IMG/VR virus record: IMGVR_UViG_3300048858_000029
Location: 1 to 35,964 of that record
Direction: 5' to 3' (one strand)
Source: a virus
Taxonomy: Duplodnaviria > Caudoviricetes
DNA: 35,964 nucleotides
The notes under the pieces are model-generated. The model worked only from the letters and a program-made list of their open reading frames with translations. It was not told where the DNA came from and searched no databases. Both the position numbers and the translations under genes were made by a program. The first letter of the stretch is position 1; each line of letters opens with the position of its first letter. Shown here one piece after another: positions 28,501 to 34,230 of this stretch.

Positions 28501-29281
28501 TGACAAGAACATCGGATATTACACACGTGTCGGCGGGGTCGCCGTAGCCCCGGCCAATGCCAGATATGCCCAAATCTTCTTCAGGTGCTGGGGGCACTCC
28601 GCTGCGTATGGGACGGACAGCTACACATGGTTGGCTCATCCTTATTTCGGGGAATGCCTGCCAAACCAGACGGAGCTTTCGAACTGGTCGAGCACCGGCC
28701 TGACCATCATCACCAGCGGCAACATTGTCACCGGAGCAATCACGGCTGACAAGATTGGTGCCGGGCAGGTCACCGCCGATAAGATGAACGTCACGAGCCT
28801 TTCGGCAATCTCTGCCACACTTGGCTCAGTCAACATTTCCAACGCTGTGATTGGAACTCTCCAGGTCGGAAGCTCCAACATCTCCCCCGGCGCAGTGACG
28901 AACGTCAGCACGGCGACTTCCAGTGCGACTAACGGTATCGGTGGGGGCGACACCGCGCAGCGTGTTGCAACGGTCTCCCAGAACCCGGCTGGTAATCCGT
29001 GTATCGTCATTGTCACCTATAAGGTTAAGAGTGATGACGCCAACCAAAGTCAGCTGGGAGCGGCTCTGATCAAGCGGAACGGGACCACTCTGCGAACCTA
29101 CGTGACCATGGCGAAACCGATTACCACGTCTAACCTGTATGACATCTACACGTTGCACATGATCGACAACAATCCGCCCGCAGGGAATAACACCTACAGC
29201 TTCGATTTCAGAAACTCTGGTAATTCCACTATCATCATCGTGGCTGACCCTGAAATTAGCTGCATTGTCTTCAAGAGGTAA
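19502..29281 (+). CDS. Central tail fibre / host-specificity protein (gpJ/TipJ-like) with FN3 repeats and five carbohydrate-binding-like domains
   Basis: LLGISEGPIMGL, YNPVTRVYTGVWD..K.GYTNNPA and GCTDEEEAIRRARY gpJ motifs; repeated RAVDxSGNKSAWS FN3 units; NLIxNxxF..G..GW jelly-roll starts. Confidence 0.92.
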   Translation: MTIQDISLWKLSGSKGAKKPTNTADSLFATDIVEALLGISEGPIMGLEDGGKSYLIGETNLQDQSGQNNFDNFELIDYKGSEEGEEIYSRLGGFGASTSVGTELATDVEVIRNGQHTDIDYLDVRMVINQLVHQNDKGTFNHTGKFKVEYKRVSESNWHAVRTTTSLPPKVSEASFDTYYGDAGESDKISASPGDRPSYWSESEPVTTATSGIWFDKTRNNRPQILKEGQWVDPTGLSLSNGVWSWAEASSWGKDKRTKAFAAASSEGLKYEQGDYFLNTGTQQALFYNGSTFITAGSSLRPGGFGENGTGGSIEVKNGEIAITAKTTSPFPKEFRIPVPRVDEPYMLRMTKTSPVDTTENFFSITWESFQEVTAQAYKFPALATTQLIARASEQFSSVPDFSGIYLGRIVRIPSNYNPVTRVYTGVWDLTWKLGYTNNPAFVTYDLVMNDRYGMNAYYPIVLNKMDIYEAGVWCDVRTVSGKPRFTFNGLISDPRGGRDAINYLCGIFAGRFFDDGNGSGVIRIDRDGSPAMTFMPENVVDGVFTYSFTEISTRHNDITVSFTNENLGWQTDRRRVHDQDHIDQYGRIPHNFDAVGCTDEEEAIRRARYHMITGITETMMVNFKTNRQGLYLSPYDMILVADEDMEFGLSGRVKNVSGPRTVQLRDPLFLENGFAYQISFTLISDATDDFIIERRDLTPTYGALTQLTVTEDLPELPENAVFTIEQINGDAAPVAFRVLSLNEIDGDPDNVDIQAIVMNRAKWLYVDGLVDTIAETLPSSIGQGRRPDPVGEIRVAAQEIQLNGRKVYDLQLEWDASPTKTVTYYRVRASRNNDAMNTMGEPGVTQFSWTDVPAGEYLFEITAMDAFGNESMPRQIEHRFIGDYRAVEAVLGLRMMDEPYETVFESQSPRFEWVKNAAPDHAGYVLQIRKLDGAVVREEPLAGEFYQYEYAKNVADNGVALRSFTVAIASKDQYGFLSPFQTLTVSNTAPAAPKWVYAQNSGVSSIIVDTNAPTERDFQNVIVHASTQQGFVPSESTIVYEGPNNNITIVIPGAKYYLRVGFSDTFSHADLNWYEEVAVEVKSIAGDTIAPEKPTGLAATSIILPTGEAETTWTWNQVPDLDLQGYVFEIKEGAGNWLDAFAPSNQFVTKSLPGVQFTVRVLAYDTSGNKSAFSDEFTYQVARDTVPPAVPTGLEATGTFKGVWLEWDANTEIDFDHYELYEADAPTPAPVQATVPTFTGLTGTTTYRSNLPASTSKSYFLRAVDTSGNKSAWSAVSTTSTLSLEGTQPAPAVPVAPTLSSALFAQNDGGFIAKVTVSWAAVANASSYQVGVTRSGASETVLTAGNNSLEFDGLPGVTYTVRVLSVGNVGQKSAFGTAATITPAGDTVAPAAPVISTAQGGFNIAWLEWSLNTENDFDYYEVYQSTSNVAPAADATATYKVGSTAFSITDIAGPATVYFWVRAVDTSKNKSAWSAAATVNVLSLSGTQPAPAVPTALAATSSVVAVGTDFVAKVKVTWTVSANSVSYEVGITRAGAAETLLPASTNSIEFDGVPGVAYTINVKGVNNVGTKGAATANITHTAAVDTAAPAVPTGLIIDPGFEVLWLQWTRNTESDFSHYEIYESTTTTAPAVGAAPSYVSATNQLIRQGLAAGTALNYWLRSVDFSGNKSAWSARVGATAGGLQSTDISGLVDATSVAAGLSIPGVGAALPATPFTDKTPKTYYLTTTGIIYKQKTDGTGWIAQSDASLIVGKIVAGQIEVGAVGADQLAANAVRAKHILIGDPTNVIDRGWSKSDQTGWQFFNKVGFYEETATAFKGQFILAANGREHAISDTFEVTGGEGWYVEAYYNNTATEGAVVFLHTWAPGGTDTFQAAPIGTVKNAWAKAGGILTVPAGHTKANVYLICDRAGGTTGPNTYWTKPLARRATGTILLENGAVTADKVTTGELITLSAQIKSATINNAHIISLDAGKISAVGVLAGNILVQGSTGQTLADIQNWSTDPATRINQVVATKIDPGKIVISGATTLADWRHGSNTTTIDGGKIFAGSVTTEALTVVNNDNLIEDSMFRAGFDMWSVSNNFPASAGYTYYIAEAGSGWAAPSARTAVMRQTSGPVGGQYYSDMVMYRNDPNIPAAQRYNVPCAPGEWFEASVALSVHRCLGELRIEFRNAAGVPIAYAGPVQVSSGGQDSTNAENWPRVWCKGLAPAGAASVGIHIRKTDTAANTTDSYVFVYKPMLSRTTASSAAAATWADGTVTRITGGMINANAINANHVTTGEFITLSAQIRNAIINDAHVSTLSAGKLTAGSALAGSITVSGSALSTVVSNAATGAQDPATRINAAATKIDPGKIVISGAATLADWRGTSDTTLINGGKIQTDSIEVRSLKVGNFANIIDDGWTAGSLGSWQADQLSNFYIEGGNAGSGGGYNLQTTGSNVVSRMIPCSPGQVFGGSVWCYNTSAGRVVYYIQWFDPSKAYLGSAFINFSDVKNQWVKLETGNQVTAPAGASYLRAHLHREGNPDGNFLYWNKPTLYMAYGGQLIVSGSIEARHLITNSAVITGTAQIADAIVSSAKIVSLNANKIEAWSVLSNTIYVAGGSGQTMGDIQNWATDPGTRINQANTRIDPGRIIVSGATSLSDWRGTTDTTKINGGSIETNSIRTRSLVIQATDANLITNGDFEDGLNGWTIADNAGSGNGMYLEGWGSSGTNSLTLMRGTNTSSNGISVLNNYMFPVESNAIYEFTMMARAYSTAGLYMRVHWHNAAKAAINPNYTDVIGNGSVPSDAFTRVGGQVTAPGDAKFARIQIFHWTAATNNYLVFDEVIFRKVLQGTSIQDGAITTYKISAGAIWGDRIAGGAITGTHVAAGTLTADKAAFGTSANLIPNSDFGSGMTGWAAWFSGGSWAGPSLRTDQFGIATGSLEVVQTGAQTNGQFADVFPRNDSTGVANRFNVTGGGRYELSVYVYGHRSDYCRAHIEWRNANGDIIDYSYWDGISHQNGGPDKNIGYYTRVGGVAVAPANARYAQIFFRCWGHSAAYGTDSYTWLAHPYFGECLPNQTELSNWSSTGLTIITSGNIVTGAITADKIGAGQVTADKMNVTSLSAISATLGSVNISNAVIGTLQVGSSNISPGAVTNVSTATSSATNGIGGGDTAQRVATVSQNPAGNPCIVIVTYKVKSDDANQSQLGAALIKRNGTTLRTYVTMAKPITTSNLYDIYTLHMIDNNPPAGNNTYSFDFRNSGNSTIIIVADPEISCIVFKR
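23055..24540 (+). repeat. Tandem ~600-bp FN3-pair repeats inside the tail fibre gene
   Basis: DTxxPAxP…WLxWxxNTExDFxxYExY…RxVDxSxNKSAWS recurs at about 23055, 23660 and 24258. Confidence 0.8.
25310..27520 (+). repeat. Three copies of a ~125-aa spacer module (…DPATRIN…KIDPGKIVISGATTLADWR…IxGGKI)
   Basis: Copies at about 25310-25690, 26290-26680 and 27110-27515, each followed by a different CBM-like domain. Confidence 0.8.
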
Positions 29282-29284
29282 ATC

Positions 29285-29836
29285 ATGATTGACCCAAACG
29301 ACCTGCCTCCCCCCAAGTTTCCTGATGAAGGGGAGGTGCCTGTTGCACCTCCTATCCAACCTGCGACACCTGAACCAGCTCCAGAGCCGGTTGTCCCGCT
29401 ACCTGACGATGAGCCCGAGCCCGTGCCGGTCATTCCTGAGTATGAGGCATTTCACTACCTTTTCCATAAGGACGGTCGGATTGTTGAGTCAGGAACCTGC
29501 TTTCTTGAAGGCATTGAGATGCTGAAAGGCGACAAAGAGGTCCTGCTGCTGGATCGGCCGCTAAGCGCCGACGAGCAGCGCGAGATGTACGTCCTGAATG
29601 GGGAGTTGACTCCCAAGCTAGAGTTTGCCGTTGAGCCTTCATACTCAATTCAAGTGGGGCAGGAGACTTCCATATCTGTTCCAGCAGGAACATCGGTGAC
29701 TTTCGAGGGACAGACGATGCTGATTGAGGATGGTTTGCTCGAGCTCGAGGCTGATCATGTCATGACCTACAACATCACTCTCTCACATCCTATCTATCTT
29801 GCACGAACGATAGAGATCTCAGTTCATGAAGCTTAA
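29285..29836 (+). CDS. Hypothetical tail-fibre-associated protein, Pro/Glu-rich N-terminus
   Basis: GAGGT RBS, directly after gpJ, overlaps the next gene. Confidence 0.65.
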   Translation: MIDPNDLPPPKFPDEGEVPVAPPIQPATPEPAPEPVVPLPDDEPEPVPVIPEYEAFHYLFHKDGRIVESGTCFLEGIEMLKGDKEVLLLDRPLSADEQREMYVLNGELTPKLEFAVEPSYSIQVGQETSISVPAGTSVTFEGQTMLIEDGLLELEADHVMTYNITLSHPIYLARTIEISVHEA

Positions 29837-30224
29837 ACTCAGACCACCCTGTGCAACTGAAGACGACGTAAACACGGAGCGCGATCGGCGCCTGGCAGTC
29901 GGGTTTGAGTTTGGAGGAAAACTTTTTCAGGCGAGGGCGCAGGATCAAATCAATATGACCGGTGCTGCCTCCGCAGCGAGCATCGCCCTGGCCAGCGGAG
30001 TGAGCCCCGGTAACTACCGTTGGTCAGATCCAGACAACGACTTCAAATGGATTTCGGCCGACAACAGCCAGGTTCCGATGGACGCGCCGACGACTATCCA
30101 GCTGGGCCTCGCTGCAATCCGGTTCGTCGCTGCACACACCATGGCCGCTCGAGCGATCAAAGACATGATCCTGGCCGGCGAATACGTCGCAGACGCCTCC
30201 TCAAACAGTTACTGGCCCTCATGA
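29826..30224 (+). CDS. DUF4376-like tail-fibre-associated protein
   Basis: VNTERDRR..GFEFGGKLFQ…WISADNSQVPM…ARAIKDMI pattern. Confidence 0.75.
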   Translation: MKLKLRPPCATEDDVNTERDRRLAVGFEFGGKLFQARAQDQINMTGAASAASIALASGVSPGNYRWSDPDNDFKWISADNSQVPMDAPTTIQLGLAAIRFVAAHTMAARAIKDMILAGEYVADASSNSYWPS

Positions 30225-30400
30225 GCAAGAAGCGGAACGCTGGCATCATTGCCTATGGAACTGAAGAGGATCGTGAAAAACTCGCGGTCCTGGCTGATAC
30301 CTACAAGATGTCGGGCAGCGAGTTCATCATCAAGATGATCCGTGACCGGTTTAACATGCTGTATGGTGATCAACAGGCCATGAACGATTCAAAACTCTGA
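30221..30400 (+). CDS. Small RHH-like DNA-binding protein
   Basis: ATGA overlap with the previous stop; IIAYGTEEDREKLAVLADTYKMSGSEFIIKMI is a strand-helix-helix pattern. Confidence 0.6.
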   Translation: MSKKRNAGIIAYGTEEDREKLAVLADTYKMSGSEFIIKMIRDRFNMLYGDQQAMNDSKL

Positions 30401-30436
30401 TTGGACCTGATCCGGCATCTCGTCCAGAGTCTCGGG

Positions 30437-30679
30437 ATGCGAGAGATCTACATCCAACGCCGAGACCCGAGCAAGAACATGGCTCGCTTCTATGCGATGT
30501 CCATCCAGCCGAACCTGTTCGGTGAGGTGTCTGTGGTAAGATCCTGGGGTCGGATTGGCACCCGAGGCCAAATGATGGTGAACTCATTTGCAAATGAGGA
30601 CCAGGCTCAGGCTCTGCTTCAGGCGCTGGTGCGGGAGAAGCTAAAGAAGGGCTACCACTCGCTGGAGCCGAGGAAATGA
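30437..30679 (+). CDS. Stand-alone WGR-domain protein
   Basis: RRDPSKNMARFY…NLFGE…RSWGRIGTRGQ…KLKKGY. ATG 30437 is preferred; TTG 30401 is possible. Confidence 0.88.
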   Translation: MREIYIQRRDPSKNMARFYAMSIQPNLFGEVSVVRSWGRIGTRGQMMVNSFANEDQAQALLQALVREKLKKGYHSLEPRK

Positions 30680-30698
30680 GTTGCAAACGTTTGCAACT
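30679..30698. promoter_or_regulatory. Perfect 20-bp palindrome AGTTGCAAACGTTTGCAACT overlapping a putative -35 element
   Basis: Loop-less perfect dyad; TTTGCA(30690)-N17-CGATAT precedes ATG 30739. Confidence 0.6.
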
Positions 30699-30738
30699 TC
30701 GGCTCTAGGTACCGATATACGCTTCCTAGGGTTTTTTC

Positions 30739-31278
30739 ATGAGCTTAGACAACCGGTTCGGACGCTGCGATCCGCCTCGGGGTAAGATAGAAGAGCCTGA
30801 GCTCCATGCTCGCCCACTAAGCCGCATCGAGCTCAATACGACAACTGCATCAATGTTTAGGAGCTACCTTTCGCGGCAGCAGGAGAGCGTGACTAACGCA
30901 TTTTCGATGCACTACCACCTGCTCTGGCTCGTGGATCACGAAGGCCGTCTCTTTGTAGCAACTGAGGAATTGGTGGATGAAGCCTGGCAGCACATTGGAG
31001 CTCTGCCGCGCAAGAGGCAAGCGGCGCCTGCCAAGGTTCTTAAGCTTGGACACCCAACGCTTCTAAACGAAGGACAAACATCCGCTCGCATTGGCGGCGA
31101 GATTGAGTTCGATCCGCAATGGGAACAAGGGCGGGATTGGGTACTGACAAACAAGTCCGGCAGATATGGTCTCAGGACGGGACAGAAGGAAGCTCACCTC
31201 ATGGAGGTGAAAGCTTTATTTGAACAATTGGATATACATCTAGGTTTGAGGTTTATCGAGCCGAAGGAGCAATCTTAG
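30739..31278 (+). CDS. Hypothetical protein, toxin-like enzymatic domain candidate
   Basis: WLVDxEG … GHPTL … RIGGEI … NKSGRYG motif series; atypical codon usage. Confidence 0.6.
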   Translation: MSLDNRFGRCDPPRGKIEEPELHARPLSRIELNTTTASMFRSYLSRQQESVTNAFSMHYHLLWLVDHEGRLFVATEELVDEAWQHIGALPRKRQAAPAKVLKLGHPTLLNEGQTSARIGGEIEFDPQWEQGRDWVLTNKSGRYGLRTGQKEAHLMEVKALFEQLDIHLGLRFIEPKEQS

Positions 31279-31850
31279 TGATGGACTTTCTGTCAATGCG
31301 TCCCTCGGAGTGGCGTGATCTCAGGAACAGGGAAACTTCCGATGAGCTTCAACGTGAGGTGATTGCCTCGCTGAGGCGGCTGGTAAACGCTTCGATCACG
31401 GAGGAAGAGGCCTACGAGGTAGCGGTTGAGCTAACTAATGCCTGCATCTGGGACAAGGTGAACGCTAACGCGGCTGCCACAGGCCTGCTGGATGCGGATG
31501 ACTCTACTCTTAAGGCACTACTGGATGGTCTTCCTGAGAACGTTGCCGAGGCAATTGAAAGCTTGAGAAGGCTAACTGGCGCTCGAAGCCATGGAAATCT
31601 TGTCCATCGTGACATCTCTGGGCGGATCAAACCAACCGATCGTTTCTTCATTAAGCAGGCCGAGATCAAAGGAATGAAAGTCGTTATTGTGGAGGAACCG
31701 GCATCGGGCGAACGGCAGAAGCGGTATGAGGTTGTTCTCAACCCGAAAACGTCGAAGTACGGTGATATGCGTCCACAGTTCGCAGCAGTTACATCTGCTT
31801 CTGGTAAACCCAGACCTAAATCGGTAGCGCCGCCACGTAAGCACAAATAA
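31278..31850 (+). CDS. Hypothetical protein, coupled partner of the preceding gene
   Basis: AAGGAG RBS, TAG/GTG overlap; helical acidic N-half and basic C-terminal tail. Confidence 0.65.
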   Translation: MMDFLSMRPSEWRDLRNRETSDELQREVIASLRRLVNASITEEEAYEVAVELTNACIWDKVNANAAATGLLDADDSTLKALLDGLPENVAEAIESLRRLTGARSHGNLVHRDISGRIKPTDRFFIKQAEIKGMKVVIVEEPASGERQKRYEVVLNPKTSKYGDMRPQFAAVTSASGKPRPKSVAPPRKHK

Positions 31851-31885
31851 GCTAGCTCTCTGACCCACACTCCGTGCTCGTTCAG

Positions 31886-31914
31886 GCCTCAGTCTCAGAC
31901 TGAGGCTTTCTTTT
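31886..31914 (+). terminator. Rho-independent terminator
   Basis: GCCTCAGTC-TCA-GACTGAGGC followed by TTTCTTTT. Confidence 0.8.
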
Positions 31915-32030
31915 GTTCCATAAGATATCTTACCTGATCTTCTGATGCACTCTGCTGCTCCGTGCAGCAGACACTCGTGAGCATATGCGTTGTCTAGTTA
32001 CCATATAATCGGGAACTAGGAGCAACCATC

Positions 32031-32369
32031 TTGACTACAGATCACGCCACGAACTCCCGTCTTGAAAACGTCGAACGCTCCGTGAACACACTGAGCGATC
32101 GCGTCGGAGACATTGCAAAGTTCATGGAGCGCCTCGTCACAATTGAGGAGCGCAACGGCTTCATGACTCAGAAACATGACGAACTCAAGAGCACTCTCAA
32201 GGAAGCCATTGCGGCTTTCACGGAGAAGAATGCCGAGCTCGAGAAGAAGGTCACGGCGATCAAGGAGCGGATGATCGGATTGATGGCGGTTTATTCAGTC
32301 ATCACCAGCATCGCCGCAGTGGCTGCTCCATACATCCTGAAGGCAATCCAGGCAGGAGTAGCTCAGTAA
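32031..32369 (+). CDS. Holin-like / XhlA-like protein (coiled coil plus one C-terminal TM helix)
   Basis: AGGAG RBS with TTG start; coupled (TAATG) to the endolysin gene. Confidence 0.6.
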   Translation: MTTDHATNSRLENVERSVNTLSDRVGDIAKFMERLVTIEERNGFMTQKHDELKSTLKEAIAAFTEKNAELEKKVTAIKERMIGLMAVYSVITSIAAVAAPYILKAIQAGVAQ

Positions 32370-33208
32370 TGGTCAAGCGCATCGTTCTCGATCGGGCAGC
32401 AATGTTTGCAGCCCTTCGCAAGGATAGCTCCCCGCTATTCAATCGCCGGCTGGCCCAATCACATGTCGAAGGTATCGAAGCCATTCTGGACTCGGCTGAT
32501 CGTCACCAGGTCACCGACATCGACCATGTCGCCCAGATGCTGGCGCAGACTTACCATGAAACCGGCACCTACATGCTCGGCATCAAGGAGACGGTCATGC
32601 CGTCGCACAAGGACAAGCGTCCTTCTGATGCGACCGTCATCAAGCGTCTCGACACCGCCTGGGCAAAGGGCCAGCTGTCCTGGGTATCGACCCCATACTG
32701 GCGCGATGGAGGCTTTGGCCGTGGACCAATCCAGCTCACACACTGGAGCAACTACCTCAAGATGGGCACTGCCCTGGGCGTCGACCTTCGGGCAAATCCG
32801 GATCTCGCGCTCGACCCCAAAATCGGCGCTGACATCGTCGTCGTCGGCATGTCCAAGGGGATGTTCACCGGCAAGAAGTTGAGCGACTACGCCTTCCCTG
32901 CCTGCCTGTATCTCGAGCCGGCCAAGCATCCGCGCCGCATCGTGAATGGCAAGGATGGCACTGACGCCGACATCGCCAAATATCACGTAGCATTTCGCAA
33001 CGTCCTGGTAGCCGGCGGCTACAAGGTCACCGACGTGATCGTCGCAGAGCAAATCTCCGCTGGCTCGATCACCTCCATCGTGGCTGACAAGATCCCGGTT
33101 GGCTCGATTGTGACCGACCTGGCCGAGGCATCCGTGGAGCTGGTGAAGCCCGCCTCCAAGTGGAGCGCCGTCATAGATCTCCTGTCCTGGATTTCCAGCA
33201 GGAAGTAA
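32369..33208 (+). CDS. Endolysin, glycoside hydrolase family 19
   Basis: MLAQTYHETG and GRGPIQLTHWSNY GH19 motifs; RRIVNG. Confidence 0.9.
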   Translation: MVKRIVLDRAAMFAALRKDSSPLFNRRLAQSHVEGIEAILDSADRHQVTDIDHVAQMLAQTYHETGTYMLGIKETVMPSHKDKRPSDATVIKRLDTAWAKGQLSWVSTPYWRDGGFGRGPIQLTHWSNYLKMGTALGVDLRANPDLALDPKIGADIVVVGMSKGMFTGKKLSDYAFPACLYLEPAKHPRRIVNGKDGTDADIAKYHVAFRNVLVAGGYKVTDVIVAEQISAGSITSIVADKIPVGSIVTDLAEASVELVKPASKWSAVIDLLSWISSRK

Positions 33209-33225
33209 CCCAAGAGGATTTGAAT

Positions 33226-33393
33226 ATGGGAAATTTTGAACAAGTCGCTCGCATTGGCATCCAGCTCGCCGCTGGTGTGCTGATGGGAGATGCCATCGCC
33301 AACAGTGCTGAATTTCAGGCGGCTTCTGCCGGCCTCATCAGTATCGCGACGTTTGGTTGGTGGTTCTACAAGAACCGCCAAGCAGCGAAGTAA
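33226..33393 (+). CDS. Small two-helix membrane protein, putative holin
   Basis: GAGGA RBS; 55 aa; two hydrophobic segments ending WWFYKNRQAAK; follows the endolysin. Confidence 0.6.
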   Translation: MGNFEQVARIGIQLAAGVLMGDAIANSAEFQAASAGLISIATFGWWFYKNRQAAK

Positions 33394-33420
33394 AAAAATA
33401 AGGGCCGCATCAGCGGCCCT
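33392..33420. terminator. Terminator hairpin ending the late operon (U-tract on minus strand)
   Basis: AGGGCCGC-ATCA-GCGGCCCT preceded by an A-run. Confidence 0.7.
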
Positions 33421-34023
33421 AATTCGTTCTGGAAAATGTACTTCAAATCCTGTGGCAAGCGCCTGATCGCCCGCGACGATGGCCTCAGAACTGGCATGGT
33501 AAAATAAATCTCTCCACCCCCCTTGCAGAATCAAAAAACACGGTCGATCTTTAGAGTAGTAGCCGAGGGGATCATGTTGGCCCCGTAACCAAGGACGGCT
33601 GCCTTAGCAAGTATTGGGTGCCTCACACGTAGCATAAAGTTATTTTTTTTCGGAGAACGAACTGAGATGACTGGCAAAGGCACCTTCGAATAAAAGTGTT
33701 TTACATACTCCTTGGGCGAGCTATCAAGCAAAAACTCGTTCGCCCATGTTGACCAATATAGCAACGTGCTGCCAGTCGCACATTCATTGCTTCAGTGTCG
33801 GCAATAGGAATTGGATGACGCTTTCAATTTAGCTCGGACCTGCGGGTCCGGATCGGAGACCACTATGGACAAGTTCCGTGGAGGTCGCTCGTTTGCTTCA
33901 TTGGAAGTGGTTTATCCCTTTCTGGCACTCGCCGCGATCTCTCTTATTTTCGTGATGTTTTCGGACGTAGAGTCCTACAAGGGTTCCTTGTGGCCTCCAT
34001 CGATCGAGTTTAAACGTCCAACG

Positions 34024-34051
34024 AAAGAAAAAGCCCCCGAACCGGGGGCTT
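34024..34051 (-). terminator. Rho-independent terminator of the RNR operon
   Basis: Minus strand AAGCCCCCG-GTT-CGGGGGCTT followed by TTTCTTT. Confidence 0.8.
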
Positions 34052-34059
34052 CGAAGACG

Positions 34060-34230
34060 TCAGGTGCTCGCCTCCCAGATTGTTTCGCGGGTCTCTCGCA
34101 CAATCCGCTTCTGAGGCGTGGTGTATCGAACCTGGAGCGCCCTCGCCTCAGCGAGAGCCTCCTCGTCGTTATCGGCCGGGAGTTGAACCCGACCGTTCTG
34201 GTTGATCAGGTAGTAGCGGACATCCCTCAC
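34060..34230 (-). CDS. Small 56-aa hypothetical protein downstream of RNR (not in the ORF track)
   Basis: GTG immediately after the RNR stop; MRDVRYYLINQNGRVQLPADNDEEALAEARALQVRY…WEAST*; ends just before the terminator. Confidence 0.6.
   Translation of the reverse strand: MRDVRYYLINQNGRVQLPADNDEEALAEARALQVRYTTPQKRIVRETRETIWEAST

Noticed and set aside
25310-29281. Diversity-generating retroelement or shufflon in the tail fibre
   Set aside because: The repeats are in-frame protein repeats differing at all base types, not adenine-specifically. No reverse transcriptase, invertase or inverted cassettes are present in the window.
30679-30698. Protelomerase (telRL) site
   Set aside because: It is shorter than typical tel palindromes and no protelomerase gene is adjacent. 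Kept only as an unexplained dyad.
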